Part shown: positions 15,616 through 23,451 of the stretch, piece after piece
How the letters are laid out: every line of letters starts with the position of its first letter
Numbering within the stretch: position 1 is the first letter of the stretch
NCBI GenBank assembly: GCA_016186365.1
Contig: JACPLT010000022.1
Coordinates: 5,777 to 37,776 of the forward strand
Direction of reading: 5' to 3'
From: Candidatus Pacearchaeota archaeon
Lineage (GTDB): Archaea > Nanobdellota > Nanobdellia > Pacearchaeales > GW2011-AR1
Length of the DNA: 32,000 bases
Made by a program: the position numbers and the translations under genes
Notes under the pieces: generated by a model
What the model was told of the DNA's origin: nothing
Seen by the model: the letters and a program-made list of their open reading frames with translations, nothing else
Databases searched by the model: none

Positions 15616-16281
15616 ATGGATTGTTTTATCAAAAAAATATTTGCAAAAAGAGCGGATGAAGGGGTGCACAGCCAGTTTGTACGATTTGGCAGAGGAGCAT
15701 ATTCTGGAAGAGCGGTGGCAGTTCTGCATAAAACTGGAAAAGCAAAATTGAAGGGAAGTTTTGAATATGCAAATGATTTTGCGAATATTGCTTCTGAACT
15801 TGGAAATTTAAAATTTTCTGGGATAATAATGAGCAGAGCAGATTTAGGGTTAGCTGGAAAGAATAAGAATGGAATTTTTATATATGAAGTTGAAAATATG
15901 GATAGTGATAAGATAAAAGAGATTAGTGAAAAAGCTTATTGTTTGCTGTTGGATGGAGAGGGAGATGGGATTTCATTAAAAGTGAAAAAAAAGCTCCCAA
16001 AACCTGGAAAATCAGGGGATTCAAAAATAGATGATGGATTCTGCATGTTAGAAACAGATTTAAAATATTTTGACAAGCTTAAAGAGGCTTTTTTTTGGGA
16101 TATTCCGGATTTTAAAAAAGCAAAAGTTTCTCATGAGTACAAAATCAATGATATGGTGATGCCTCAAGGAGAGAAAGATTTTGAGAAGATAAGAGTATTA
16201 ACTAAAAGAAAGGGGATTTTAGTCAGAAAGCTGGATATAGACGGAAGAGAAGAAGTTAAGGAAATTGAGTTTGAAGCATAA
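15616..16281 (+). CDS. Hypothetical protein (221 aa) immediately upstream of the ribosomal-protein operon
   Basis: Long ORF with normal composition and no motif I can assign. Confidence 0.6.
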   Translation: MDCFIKKIFAKRADEGVHSQFVRFGRGAYSGRAVAVLHKTGKAKLKGSFEYANDFANIASELGNLKFSGIIMSRADLGLAGKNKNGIFIYEVENMDSDKIKEISEKAYCLLLDGEGDGISLKVKKKLPKPGKSGDSKIDDGFCMLETDLKYFDKLKEAFFWDIPDFKKAKVSHEYKINDMVMPQGEKDFEKIRVLTKRKGILVRKLDIDGREEVKEIEFEA

Positions 16282-16289
16282 TCCGAGCG

Positions 16290-16308
16290 AAGCATAATCT
16301 TTATAAAC
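16290..16308 (+). promoter_or_regulatory. Candidate promoter of the ribosomal-protein operon (GAGCGAAGCATAATCTTTATAAAC)
   Basis: A TATA box at 16300-16307 predicts a start site near 16329 and a leader of about 55 nt, with AGGA before ATG 16385. Confidence 0.4.
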
Positions 16309-16384
16309 ACACTTTTTCTATCATTTTTTGAGTTACAATAGATGTGTGGAACATGAGAATAAACATCGTAAATAGGATTTCCAT

Positions 16385-17341
16385 ATGGGAAGAAAAAGCA
16401 AACATCGAGACGGATCATTACAATTTTGGCCTAGAAAAAGGTCAAGCAAGTTCTTACCTAGTGTTAACTGGGATGTTTTAAATGGGGAGAAAGGAATTAA
16501 GGGGTTTATTGCATATAAGGTGGGAATGACTTCCTGCCTTGTCAAAGATACTACTTCTAATTCTCTTACAAAAGATAAAAAAATTGTTCTTGCTGCCAGT
16601 GTTCTGGAAGTGCCTGCTATGAAAATATTTTCTATAAGATTTTATAAAAATGGGATTGTTTCAAAAGAGATAATTTCTGAAAATTTAGACAAGGAATTAA
16701 AGAGAGTGATTAGAATTCCGAAGAAAAAGAGTGAAAATATAGACAGCATTAAAGATTATGATGATATCAGGATTATTGCATATTCAAAAGTTGGAGAAAC
16801 TGGGATAAAGAAAACTCCGGACATGACTGAAATTGGATTGCAGGGAAGCCTGGATGAAAAATTAAAGTTTGTTAAGGAGCACATGAGTAAGGAAATTAAA
16901 TTTTCAGAAATATTCAAGCCTGGAATTCTTGTAGACATAAGAGGATTAACAACAGGAAAGGGATTAGAAAGCTCAATTAAAAGATTTGGATTGGGATTAA
17001 AAGGGCATAAAAGCGAGAAAGGGCAGAGAAGACCTGGAAGCTTGGGGCCGTGGCATCCTGCGCATGTAATATTCAGAGTTCCTATGGCAGGGCAGTTAGG
17101 GATGTTTACAAGAATACAATATAATTCAAAGATAGTTTGTATTGGAAAAATTGCTGAAAAGAATATTAATCCTGAAAATGGCTGGAATGCTTATGGAAAA
17201 ATAAAAACAGAATATATAATTGTTCCTGGAAGTGTTCACGGAACAGCTAAGAGGCAGTTATTGCTGACTAGTCCGTTAAGAGCTACTAAAACCCGAATAA
17301 AAAAACAATATGAATTTGTAAAATTAGGAGATTTGAGATGA
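16385..17341 (+). CDS. rpl3: 50S ribosomal protein L3 (uL3)
   Basis: uL3 sequence (FWPRKRS..., GHKSEKGQRRPGSLGPWHP), first gene of the S10-like cluster. Confidence 0.92.
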   Translation: MGRKSKHRDGSLQFWPRKRSSKFLPSVNWDVLNGEKGIKGFIAYKVGMTSCLVKDTTSNSLTKDKKIVLAASVLEVPAMKIFSIRFYKNGIVSKEIISENLDKELKRVIRIPKKKSENIDSIKDYDDIRIIAYSKVGETGIKKTPDMTEIGLQGSLDEKLKFVKEHMSKEIKFSEIFKPGILVDIRGLTTGKGLESSIKRFGLGLKGHKSEKGQRRPGSLGPWHPAHVIFRVPMAGQLGMFTRIQYNSKIVCIGKIAEKNINPENGWNAYGKIKTEYIIVPGSVHGTAKRQLLLTSPLRATKTRIKKQYEFVKLGDLR

Positions 17342-17436
17342 AACTTAAAATTTATACTAAATTAAACAGAAATTTTAAGATCTTGGAGATTTGTGAATCC
17401 CCAAGCTTTCAAATTCCTGATGGAGATTTGAAATGA
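17338..17436 (+). other. Relay ORF (32 codons, MKLKIYTKLNRNFKILEICESPSFQIPDGDLK) bridging rpl3 and rpl4
   Basis: Its ATG overlaps the rpl3 stop (ATGA at 17338-17341) and its TGA overlaps the rpl4 ATG (ATGA at 17433-17436). It spans hairpins at 17344-17379 and 17407-17433. Confidence 0.5.
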
Positions 17437-18215
17437 AAACAAAAGTAATAGATATTGAAGGAAAACAGGGAAAGGAAATTGAACTGCCAGAATGTTTTTC
17501 TGAAAGTATAAGAGAGGATATCGCACAAAAATATTTTGAAACAGAAAAAGTAATACAGCCTTATGCTCCTTACATATATGCAGGAAAACAGAAAAGTGCA
17601 AGCGGAATAGTAGCCCATGGAAGAAGACTATGGAAAACTGCTTATGGGCATGGAATATCAAGAGTTCCAAGAAAAATATTATGGAGAAGAGGAAAACAAT
17701 TTTATTGGGTTGGAGCTACAATTGCTTCTGCTAAAGGCGGAAGAAGGGCACACCCTCCAAGGATAGTTCATTTTTTGAATTATAAAAAAGTAAACAGAAA
17801 AGAAGCTGAAAAAGCTATGGCATCTGGAATTTCTGCAACAGCTTCGCAGGAATATGTTCAGAAAAGATACCCTGATATGAAAATTTCATTAAAATTTCCA
17901 ATAGTTGTTGAAAGCAAGATTATTGATGCGAAAGCGAAAAATTTTATAAGTTCTCTTAAAAAAATATTGGGGGAAAATTATGACTCTGCTATTCCAGTCA
18001 AAAGAAAGAATGCGGGGAGAGGAAAAATGAGGGGGAGAAAATACAGAAATTCTGCGGGTTTATTGATAGTTATCGGAAAGAACGAGAATATGAAGTTCAG
18101 CAGACTGGATATAAAGAAAACAAACGAGCTGAAGATTAGGGATTTATTTCCTTTGGGGAGGCTTGCAATTTATACTGAAAGTGCAATTAAAGATTTGGGA
18201 GAGATGAACAAATGA
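17433..18215 (+). CDS. rpl4: 50S ribosomal protein L4 (uL4)
   Basis: uL4 sequence (GGRRAHPP motif) in conserved gene order. Confidence 0.9.
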   Translation: MKTKVIDIEGKQGKEIELPECFSESIREDIAQKYFETEKVIQPYAPYIYAGKQKSASGIVAHGRRLWKTAYGHGISRVPRKILWRRGKQFYWVGATIASAKGGRRAHPPRIVHFLNYKKVNRKEAEKAMASGISATASQEYVQKRYPDMKISLKFPIVVESKIIDAKAKNFISSLKKILGENYDSAIPVKRKNAGRGKMRGRKYRNSAGLLIVIGKNENMKFSRLDIKKTNELKIRDLFPLGRLAIYTESAIKDLGEMNK

Positions 18216-18451
18216 TAAGCCCGATAACAACTGAAAAAGCAGTAAAATTAATTGAAATAGAGAATACTCTTCTTTTTAAAGTAGACAGCAGAATGGACAA
18301 AGAGGAGATAAAAAGCGAGATTGAAAAATTATTCAATGTGAAAGTTGAGGGAGTCAGAACATTAATGAAAGGAAATGAAAAAGTAGCTTATGTTAAATTA
18401 AACAAAAAGAATCCGGCTATTGATGTAGCAACTAAACTGGGGATGATATAA
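18212..18451 (+). CDS. rpl23: 50S ribosomal protein L23 (uL23)
   Basis: ATGA overlap with rpl4 and a uL23-like sequence (LLFKVDSRMDKEEIKSEIEKLFNVKVEGVRT). Confidence 0.9.
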   Translation: MISPITTEKAVKLIEIENTLLFKVDSRMDKEEIKSEIEKLFNVKVEGVRTLMKGNEKVAYVKLNKKNPAIDVATKLGMI

Positions 18452-18453
18452 AC

Positions 18454-18591
18454 ATGACTAAAGAATTAAATAACCAACAGGAGAAAAACAGTTTAAATAT
18501 GCACGAAACAAATGGCATATTTAAAATCCGGAAAATTAAGAATTTTCCGGCTCTTTCGTTCCGGGGGAACTCAAGATGGGAAAGAGAATAA
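18454..18591 (+). other. Relay ORF (45 codons) from 3 nt after the rpl23 stop, running through modules A-B-C and ending 16 nt inside rpl2 in another frame
   Basis: MTKELNNQQEKNSLNMHETNGIFKIRKIKNFPALSFRGNSRWERE. Through the modules it uses the same frame as the other copies. Confidence 0.45.
18492..18575 (+). repeat. Hairpin cassette copy: A (18492-18525), B (18528-18550), C (18558-18570)
   Basis: A is TTTAAATATGC/GCATATTTAAA with loop ACGAAACAAATG. B is CCGGAAAAT/ATTTTCCGG, showing a compensatory A>G with T>C change relative to the other copies. C is GTTCC-GGG-GGAAC. Confidence 0.85.
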
Positions 18592-19274
18592 TTCAACAGG
18601 CAAGGGGGCACGGAAGCTTAACTTATCAGGTTAGAAAAAGAGCATACATATATAGAATTGACTATCCAAAAGAAGAAGGCAAGGCAAAAGTGCTGGAATT
18701 GTTTAATTCTTGTGCACATTCATCTCCTCTCGCAAAGATACTATTCAACGGAAAAACATATTATATTCCTGCGTTCAGCGGAATGGTTGAGGGACAGGGA
18801 ATAAAGATTGGAGGAAAAGAAATTGAAAATGGAAATGTATTATTATTAAAAGATATTCCTGTCGGGACAAATATTTTTAATATAGAAATAAGACCGAAAA
18901 GCGGAGGAAAATTAGTGAGAGCGTCAGGATTGACTGCAATTGTTACAAAAAAAGCTTTGGGAAAGGTTTCGATAATGATGCCCAGCAAAAAAGAAATATC
19001 CTTGGATGAAAACTGCAGAGCATCAATAGGAATGAGTGCAGGCGAGGGAAGAAAAGAGAAGCCGATTATCAAAGCAGGAAAAAAATGGTATATGATGAAA
19101 GCAAGAAACAAATTATGGCCTAGAACTTCTGCTGTAAAGATGAATGCAATTGACCATCCGTTTGGAAGCGGCAGAGGAAAAAGAATTAAGCCAAAGATTG
19201 CCAAGAGAAATGCGCCTGCTGGAGCAAGAGTAGGATTAATAAGACCAAGAAGAACAGGGAGAAAGAAGAGATAA
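18576..19274 (+). CDS. rpl2: 50S ribosomal protein L2 (uL2)
   Basis: uL2 sequence (MNAIDHPFGSGRGKR, C-terminal RRTGRKKR). Confidence 0.92.
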   Translation: MGKRIIQQARGHGSLTYQVRKRAYIYRIDYPKEEGKAKVLELFNSCAHSSPLAKILFNGKTYYIPAFSGMVEGQGIKIGGKEIENGNVLLLKDIPVGTNIFNIEIRPKSGGKLVRASGLTAIVTKKALGKVSIMMPSKKEISLDENCRASIGMSAGEGRKEKPIIKAGKKWYMMKARNKLWPRTSAVKMNAIDHPFGSGRGKRIKPKIAKRNAPAGARVGLIRPRRTGRKKR

Positions 19275-19275
19275 A

Positions 19276-19320
19276 ATGAAACTTAAAAAATTAAATAAAA
19301 AAAATATTTTAAAAATCTGA
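19276..19320 (+). other. Relay ORF (14 codons, MKLKKLNKKNILKI) starting 1 nt after the rpl2 stop
   Basis: Its TGA (19318-19320) lies in the loop of hairpin AAATC-TGAG-GATTT, 12 nt before the rps19 ATG. Confidence 0.4.
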
Positions 19321-19340
19321 GGATTTATTAAAATGGCAGA
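19307..19340 (+). repeat. 34-nt block TTTTAAAAATCTGAGGATTTATTAAAATGGCAGA, identical to 26575-26608
   Basis: Exact match that includes the start codon and next five bases of both rps19 and rps5. Confidence 0.9.
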
Positions 19341-19749
19341 TTTAGGAAAAAAACCGGAATTTGAAAAGAAGCAGTTTTTTTATAGAGGGAAAACTCTTGA
19401 AGAATTAAAAAAACTTGATACAAGAGAGTTCGCTAAATATGTTCCTGCGAGAGAGAGAAGGACTATACTTAGAAATTTTGATGTTATTGAGGAATTCGTA
19501 AAAAGATGCAATAAAAAAATGGAAAAAGGAAAACAGATAAGAACACATTTAAGAGATATAATAATAGTTCCGCAGATGGTTGGAATGATAATTAATATTC
19601 ACAACGGAAAAGAGTTTACACAGGTAAAAATAGTAGAAGATATGTTAGCCCATAGATTAGGAGAGTTCGCGATAACAAGAAAAGAAATTAAACATGGAGC
19701 TCCTGGAATCGGCGCGACAAAGAGCTCTGCTTCAATGTCAGTTAAGTAA
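19333..19749 (+). CDS. rps19: 30S ribosomal protein S19 (uS19)
   Basis: uS19 motif MLAHRLGEFAITRKEIKHGAPGIGATKSS. Confidence 0.9.
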   Translation: MADLGKKPEFEKKQFFYRGKTLEELKKLDTREFAKYVPARERRTILRNFDVIEEFVKRCNKKMEKGKQIRTHLRDIIIVPQMVGMIINIHNGKEFTQVKIVEDMLAHRLGEFAITRKEIKHGAPGIGATKSSASMSVK

Positions 19750-19758
19750 GGAGAAAAA

Positions 19759-20424
19759 ATGGAACGAGAATATATTAAAAATAAGAATGAACAAAAAAAA
19801 GAAAATGTAGCTGGAAACAAAATAGAAAATCCAAAAGACTTGCCTAAACAGGAAGCTCAAAATGTTGAGAAAAAAGAAGAGGACACAAAAACTGAAATCA
19901 AGGAAGAAGTTAAAACTGAAGAGAAGAAAGGAAAGGAAAAGAAGAAGCAAGAGAGAAAAATAAGAGAGCAGGCAGTTGTTAATGGAAAAGACTTGGGAAT
20001 TTCAAAAAAACAATCAATGGACATATGCAGGTTCATAAAAGGAAAGAGAGTTGAGCAGGCAATTAAAGAGCTTGAAGAGGTGGTTAAGATGAAAAGAGCA
20101 CTGCCTATGAGAGGAGAAATTCCACACAGGCATGGAATGATGTCAGGAAGGTATCCTAAAACTGCATGCGGAGTTTTTATAATGCTGCTTAAAAGTTTGC
20201 AGTCAAATGCGAGCGAGGGGGGAATAATGACTCCTCAAATAATTATGGCAAAGGCGAATAAAGCGTCGAGACCATTCAGAAGATTTGGCTCAAGAAAGTT
20301 CAAAAGAACGCATGTTAGTTTAATTGCAAAGGAATATATAGTGAAAGACACAAATCTTTCCCTATCTAGCAGAGGACATACAGAGAAGTTATCAAAGTCC
20401 TCCGCTATAAGAGCAAAGAATTAA
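19759..20424 (+). CDS. rpl22: 50S ribosomal protein L22 (uL22) with a K/E-rich N-terminal extension of about 70 aa
   Basis: The core starts near GKDLGISKKQSMDICRFIKGKRVEQAI. GGAG lies 9 nt upstream of the ATG. Confidence 0.85.
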   Translation: MEREYIKNKNEQKKENVAGNKIENPKDLPKQEAQNVEKKEEDTKTEIKEEVKTEEKKGKEKKKQERKIREQAVVNGKDLGISKKQSMDICRFIKGKRVEQAIKELEEVVKMKRALPMRGEIPHRHGMMSGRYPKTACGVFIMLLKSLQSNASEGGIMTPQIIMAKANKASRPFRRFGSRKFKRTHVSLIAKEYIVKDTNLSLSSRGHTEKLSKSSAIRAKN

Positions 20425-20454
20425 AGAAAGAAGAAAACAAGGAGAAAAAGTAAA

Positions 20455-21126
20455 TTGGAAGAGAGAAAATTTATACAGCTTAAGAAAGAAGAATTCGGAG
20501 TAAAGGAATACATAAGACAGCAGATAGGAAAGGGAAAGCTTAGTTCGATCTCTATTGAATATACTCCTGTGGGAGAAAAAATAATATTGTCTACAAGCAA
20601 GCCCGGAATGCTTATTGGGAGAGGGGGAGAAAAGATTATGGAGCTGACTGAAATATTAAAGAAAAGATTCAAGCTTGAGAACCCCCATATAGAAATAAAG
20701 GAGATTGAAAAAGGTGAGCTTGATGCGCAGACAGTTGCAGATGAGATTGCAATGTTTTTAGAAAGAATGGGGAGCCTGAAATTCAAGGTAATAGCCTATC
20801 AGATGATTCAAAGAATTATCGCTGCAGGAGCAAAGGGAGTAGAGATAAGGCTGTCTGGAAAGCTTCCAAGCGAAAGAGCAAAAAGCTGGAGATTTGCAGT
20901 AGGGTATCTTAAGAAAACTGGGGATACTGCAAAGGTGGTCAATAAAGGAGAGGCGGTTGCTGAAACAATGATAGGAGTAATAGGGATAAAAGTCGGTTTG
21001 CTTCCACCGGACATAAAAGTTCATGATCAGATAGAAGTAAATCAGGAATTATTAAATCAGATAAAAAAGAATTTAGAAAGTTTAGAAGAGAAGAAAGAAG
21101 AGAACAAAAAAACAAAGAACAAATAA
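20455..21126 (+). CDS. rps3: 30S ribosomal protein S3 (uS3), TTG start
   Basis: KH-domain GMLIGRGGEKI. GGAG at 20441-20444 lies 10 nt before TTG 20455. The C-terminal tail is K/E-rich. Confidence 0.88.
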   Translation: MEERKFIQLKKEEFGVKEYIRQQIGKGKLSSISIEYTPVGEKIILSTSKPGMLIGRGGEKIMELTEILKKRFKLENPHIEIKEIEKGELDAQTVADEIAMFLERMGSLKFKVIAYQMIQRIIAAGAKGVEIRLSGKLPSERAKSWRFAVGYLKKTGDTAKVVNKGEAVAETMIGVIGIKVGLLPPDIKVHDQIEVNQELLNQIKKNLESLEEKKEENKKTKNK

Positions 21127-21127
21127 A

Positions 21128-21310
21128 ATGGCAATAATAAAAAACAAAGAAATTAAAAATTTGCAGAAGAAGGACATAGAGGAAAAATTAAAAGAATTAA
21201 GAATGGAGTTGGTGAAGAAGAATGTAACTGCAAATAAATCCGGGAAAATAAAAACAAAAGAAATTAAAAAGGCAATTGCCAGAATACTCACACTGTTAAA
21301 CAAAAAATGA
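21128..21310 (+). CDS. rpl29: 50S ribosomal protein L29 (uL29)
   Basis: 60-aa helical protein in the conserved position after rps3. Confidence 0.85.
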   Translation: MAIIKNKEIKNLQKKDIEEKLKELRMELVKKNVTANKSGKIKTKEIKKAIARILTLLNKK

Positions 21311-21606
21311 ACATATGTCCAAAATGCGGTTTACCAGAGCAAGCATGTGTCTGTGCGGACATCGCAAAAGAAGAACAGAAAATAAGAATAGGGACAGTGA
21401 AAAGAAAGTTCGGAAAGATAACAACTGTTGTCGAGGGATTTGACAGCGGAATTGACATAAAGGAAATAGCCAAAAAGTTAAAAAACGAACTTGCCTGCGG
21501 AGGAACAGTAAAAAACAACTCCATAGAACTGCAGGGAGATCACACCAAGAAGATAAGACCTGCTTTGGTAAAGTACGGGTTCAGAGATGAACAAATAACT
21601 GAGTAA
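21307..21606 (+). CDS. Translation initiation factor aSUI1 (aIF1)
   Basis: N-terminal Cys cluster [13 protein letters not shown] and the SUI1 motif [22 protein letters not shown] overlap with rpl29. Confidence 0.85.
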   Translation: MNICPKCGLPEQACVCADIAKEEQKIRIGTVKRKFGKITTVVEGFDSGIDIKEIAKKLKNELACGGTVKNNSIELQGDHTKKIRPALVKYGFRDEQITE

Positions 21607-21613
21607 AACAAAA

Positions 21614-21979
21614 ATGAAACAAGAAAAAAATGAAACAATAGTGGAAAGCAACAAAAACAGCTGTAATGATAGCCAGTGCAATATTCATTCTGGGTTAAAA
21701 GTCAGAGGAAGAACATTTGACGGCTATGTTACTAAGAAGTTTAACAGAAGAGTTGTAATTGAATTTGAAAAAATAGTTTATATCAAGAAATATGAAAGAT
21801 ATACAAAGAGAAAAACAAAGCTTCATGCGAGAGTTCCATCTTGTGTTCAGGAAAAAGTTAAAGTTGGGGATTATGTCAAGGTAGGAGAGTGCAGACCATT
21901 AAGCAAGATTATTCATTTTGTATTTTTAGAAAAAATAAGAGATGCTGACAAGAAAAATAATGAAGGAGATTTGAAATGA
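21614..21979 (+). CDS. rps17: 30S ribosomal protein S17 (uS17)
   Basis: CNDSQCNIH...RGRTF N-terminus and VGDYVKVGECRPLSK. Confidence 0.85.
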   Translation: MKQEKNETIVESNKNSCNDSQCNIHSGLKVRGRTFDGYVTKKFNRRVVIEFEKIVYIKKYERYTKRKTKLHARVPSCVQEKVKVGDYVKVGECRPLSKIIHFVFLEKIRDADKKNNEGDLK

Positions 21980-22377
21980 AACCAGTATCCGCAAAAACAA
22001 CAAAAGCGTTGAATATAGGAAGCATGGTTAATGTTGCAGACAACTCTGGAGCAAGAATTGCAAGAATAACTGGAGTTAAGGGGGGAAAAGGAAAGAAAGG
22101 GAGACAAATGGGATGCAAGCTTGGAGACTGGGTAAAAGTTTCTATAAGAGCTGGAAATCCTGAAATGAGAGGGCAGTTAATGGACGCTGTGGTGATAAGA
22201 GTAAAAAAGCCATACAGAAGACTAACTGGAGAGAGAATTGCTTTCACAGACAATGCAGTAGTAATATTAAAAGATGAAAAGGGAAATCCAAAAGGAACGC
22301 AGATTAAGGGACCTGTTCCTAGAGAGATACAAGAAAGATGGAAGGAGGTTTCCAAATTATCCGGGATAATAATATAA
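21976..22377 (+). CDS. rpl14: 50S ribosomal protein L14 (uL14)
   Basis: VADNSGAR motif and ATGA overlap with rps17. Confidence 0.92.
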   Translation: MKPVSAKTTKALNIGSMVNVADNSGARIARITGVKGGKGKKGRQMGCKLGDWVKVSIRAGNPEMRGQLMDAVVIRVKKPYRRLTGERIAFTDNAVVILKDEKGNPKGTQIKGPVPREIQERWKEVSKLSGIII

Positions 22378-22378
22378 G

Positions 22379-22837
22379 ATGAAACAAAAATTTTCAACCG
22401 CTTGGATAGGAAGCAGACAGCCGAGGAAGCAGAGAAAATTCAGAGAGAATGCTCCGCTTCACATAAAGAGAGAGATGCTCGCGGCAAACTTAAGCAAAGA
22501 GTTAAGAAAGAAACTTGGGAGAAGAAGCATAATTGTAAGGAAAGGAGACATGGTCAAGATAATGAGGGGAGAGTTCAGAGGGAAGACTGGAAAAGTGAGT
22601 GTTGTGGAAACAAAGGATACAAGAGTGGCAATAGAAGGAATACAAAGGCAGAAGAAAGAGGGTTCAAAAGTGAATGTTTATTTTAATCCTTCAAATTTGC
22701 AGATTACAGAAGCAAATACAGAAGACAAGAAAAGAATAAAAATTGAAGAGAAGAAAGAGGAAGCGAAAACAGAAGGAAAGAAGAAAGAAGATAAAAAAGA
22801 AAAACAAGGAGAAAAAAATGCACCTAACAAGAAATGA
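22379..22837 (+). CDS. rpl24: 50S ribosomal protein L24 (uL24) with a K/E-rich C-terminal extension
   Basis: KOW motif VRKGDMVKIMRGEFRGKTGKV. The tail is EDKKRIKIEEKKEEAKTEGKKKEDKKEKQGEK. Confidence 0.88.
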   Translation: MKQKFSTAWIGSRQPRKQRKFRENAPLHIKREMLAANLSKELRKKLGRRSIIVRKGDMVKIMRGEFRGKTGKVSVVETKDTRVAIEGIQRQKKEGSKVNVYFNPSNLQITEANTEDKKRIKIEEKKEEAKTEGKKKEDKKEKQGEKNAPNKK

Positions 22838-23450
22838 AATACCTGTAAAATGGAGAGTCCAAAAGAAAGGGACAAAATATGTAGTTACAACAAGGTACTG
22901 CAAAGATAAATCTATTCCTGTTCTTGTTGCTCTTAGAGACATGCTTAAACTGGGGCAGGACAGGAGAGAAGTTGAAAAAATACTGGATATGAGCAAGATT
23001 AAAATTAATGGAAAAATAATAAAAGAATCAAGATACCCTGTAACAATTTTTGATATTCTTAATATTGGAGATAAAAACTATAGAATGATTATCCAGAATA
23101 AAAAGTTCAGTTTAGAAGAAGTTTCCGGAAAAGAGGCAAATGAAAAGATAGCAAAAGTTATTGGAAAAAAAGTTCTGAAGAAAAAAATAATCCAAATTAA
23201 TCTGGCAGATGGGAGAAATTATAAAACAAAAGAAAAAGCAAAAGTTGGAGATTCAGTAATTATAAATTTTAAAGAGAATAAAATTTCTGAAACTCTTCCT
23301 ATGAAAGATGGAATGAAAGCAATGTTCCTTAATGGAAGCAGGATAGGGAAAGTGGGGGAAATTGAAAAAATAAATGGGAAGGAAGCAATAATAATCCTGG
23401 ACAAAGAGAAAATAAATGCTAAACTAATCAATTTAATGGCGGTAAAATAA
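22818..23450 (+). CDS. rps4e: 30S ribosomal protein S4e (eS4); start moved to ATG 22818 (the track ORF begins at 22743 inside rpl24)
   Basis: MHLTRNEIPVKW is the typical eS4 N-terminus. GGAG lies 7 nt upstream. The gene overlaps the rpl24 end by 20 nt. Confidence 0.85.
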   Translation: MHLTRNEIPVKWRVQKKGTKYVVTTRYCKDKSIPVLVALRDMLKLGQDRREVEKILDMSKIKINGKIIKESRYPVTIFDILNIGDKNYRMIIQNKKFSLEEVSGKEANEKIAKVIGKKVLKKKIIQINLADGRNYKTKEKAKVGDSVIINFKENKISETLPMKDGMKAMFLNGSRIGKVGEIEKINGKEAIIILDKEKINAKLINLMAVK

Positions 23451-23451
23451 A

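Noticed and set aside
16164-16545. - strand ORFs at 16164-16418 and 16333-16545
   Set aside because: They overlap the 3' end of the 221-aa gene, the operon promoter region and the rpl3 start, and nothing supports them as genes.
22402-22686. Alternative-frame + strand ORFs inside rpl24 (22402-22686) and rps5 (26876-27070)
   Set aside because: Both are embedded out of frame in conserved ribosomal protein genes, and their Arg/Glu/Cys-rich products look like frame artefacts of purine-rich sequence.
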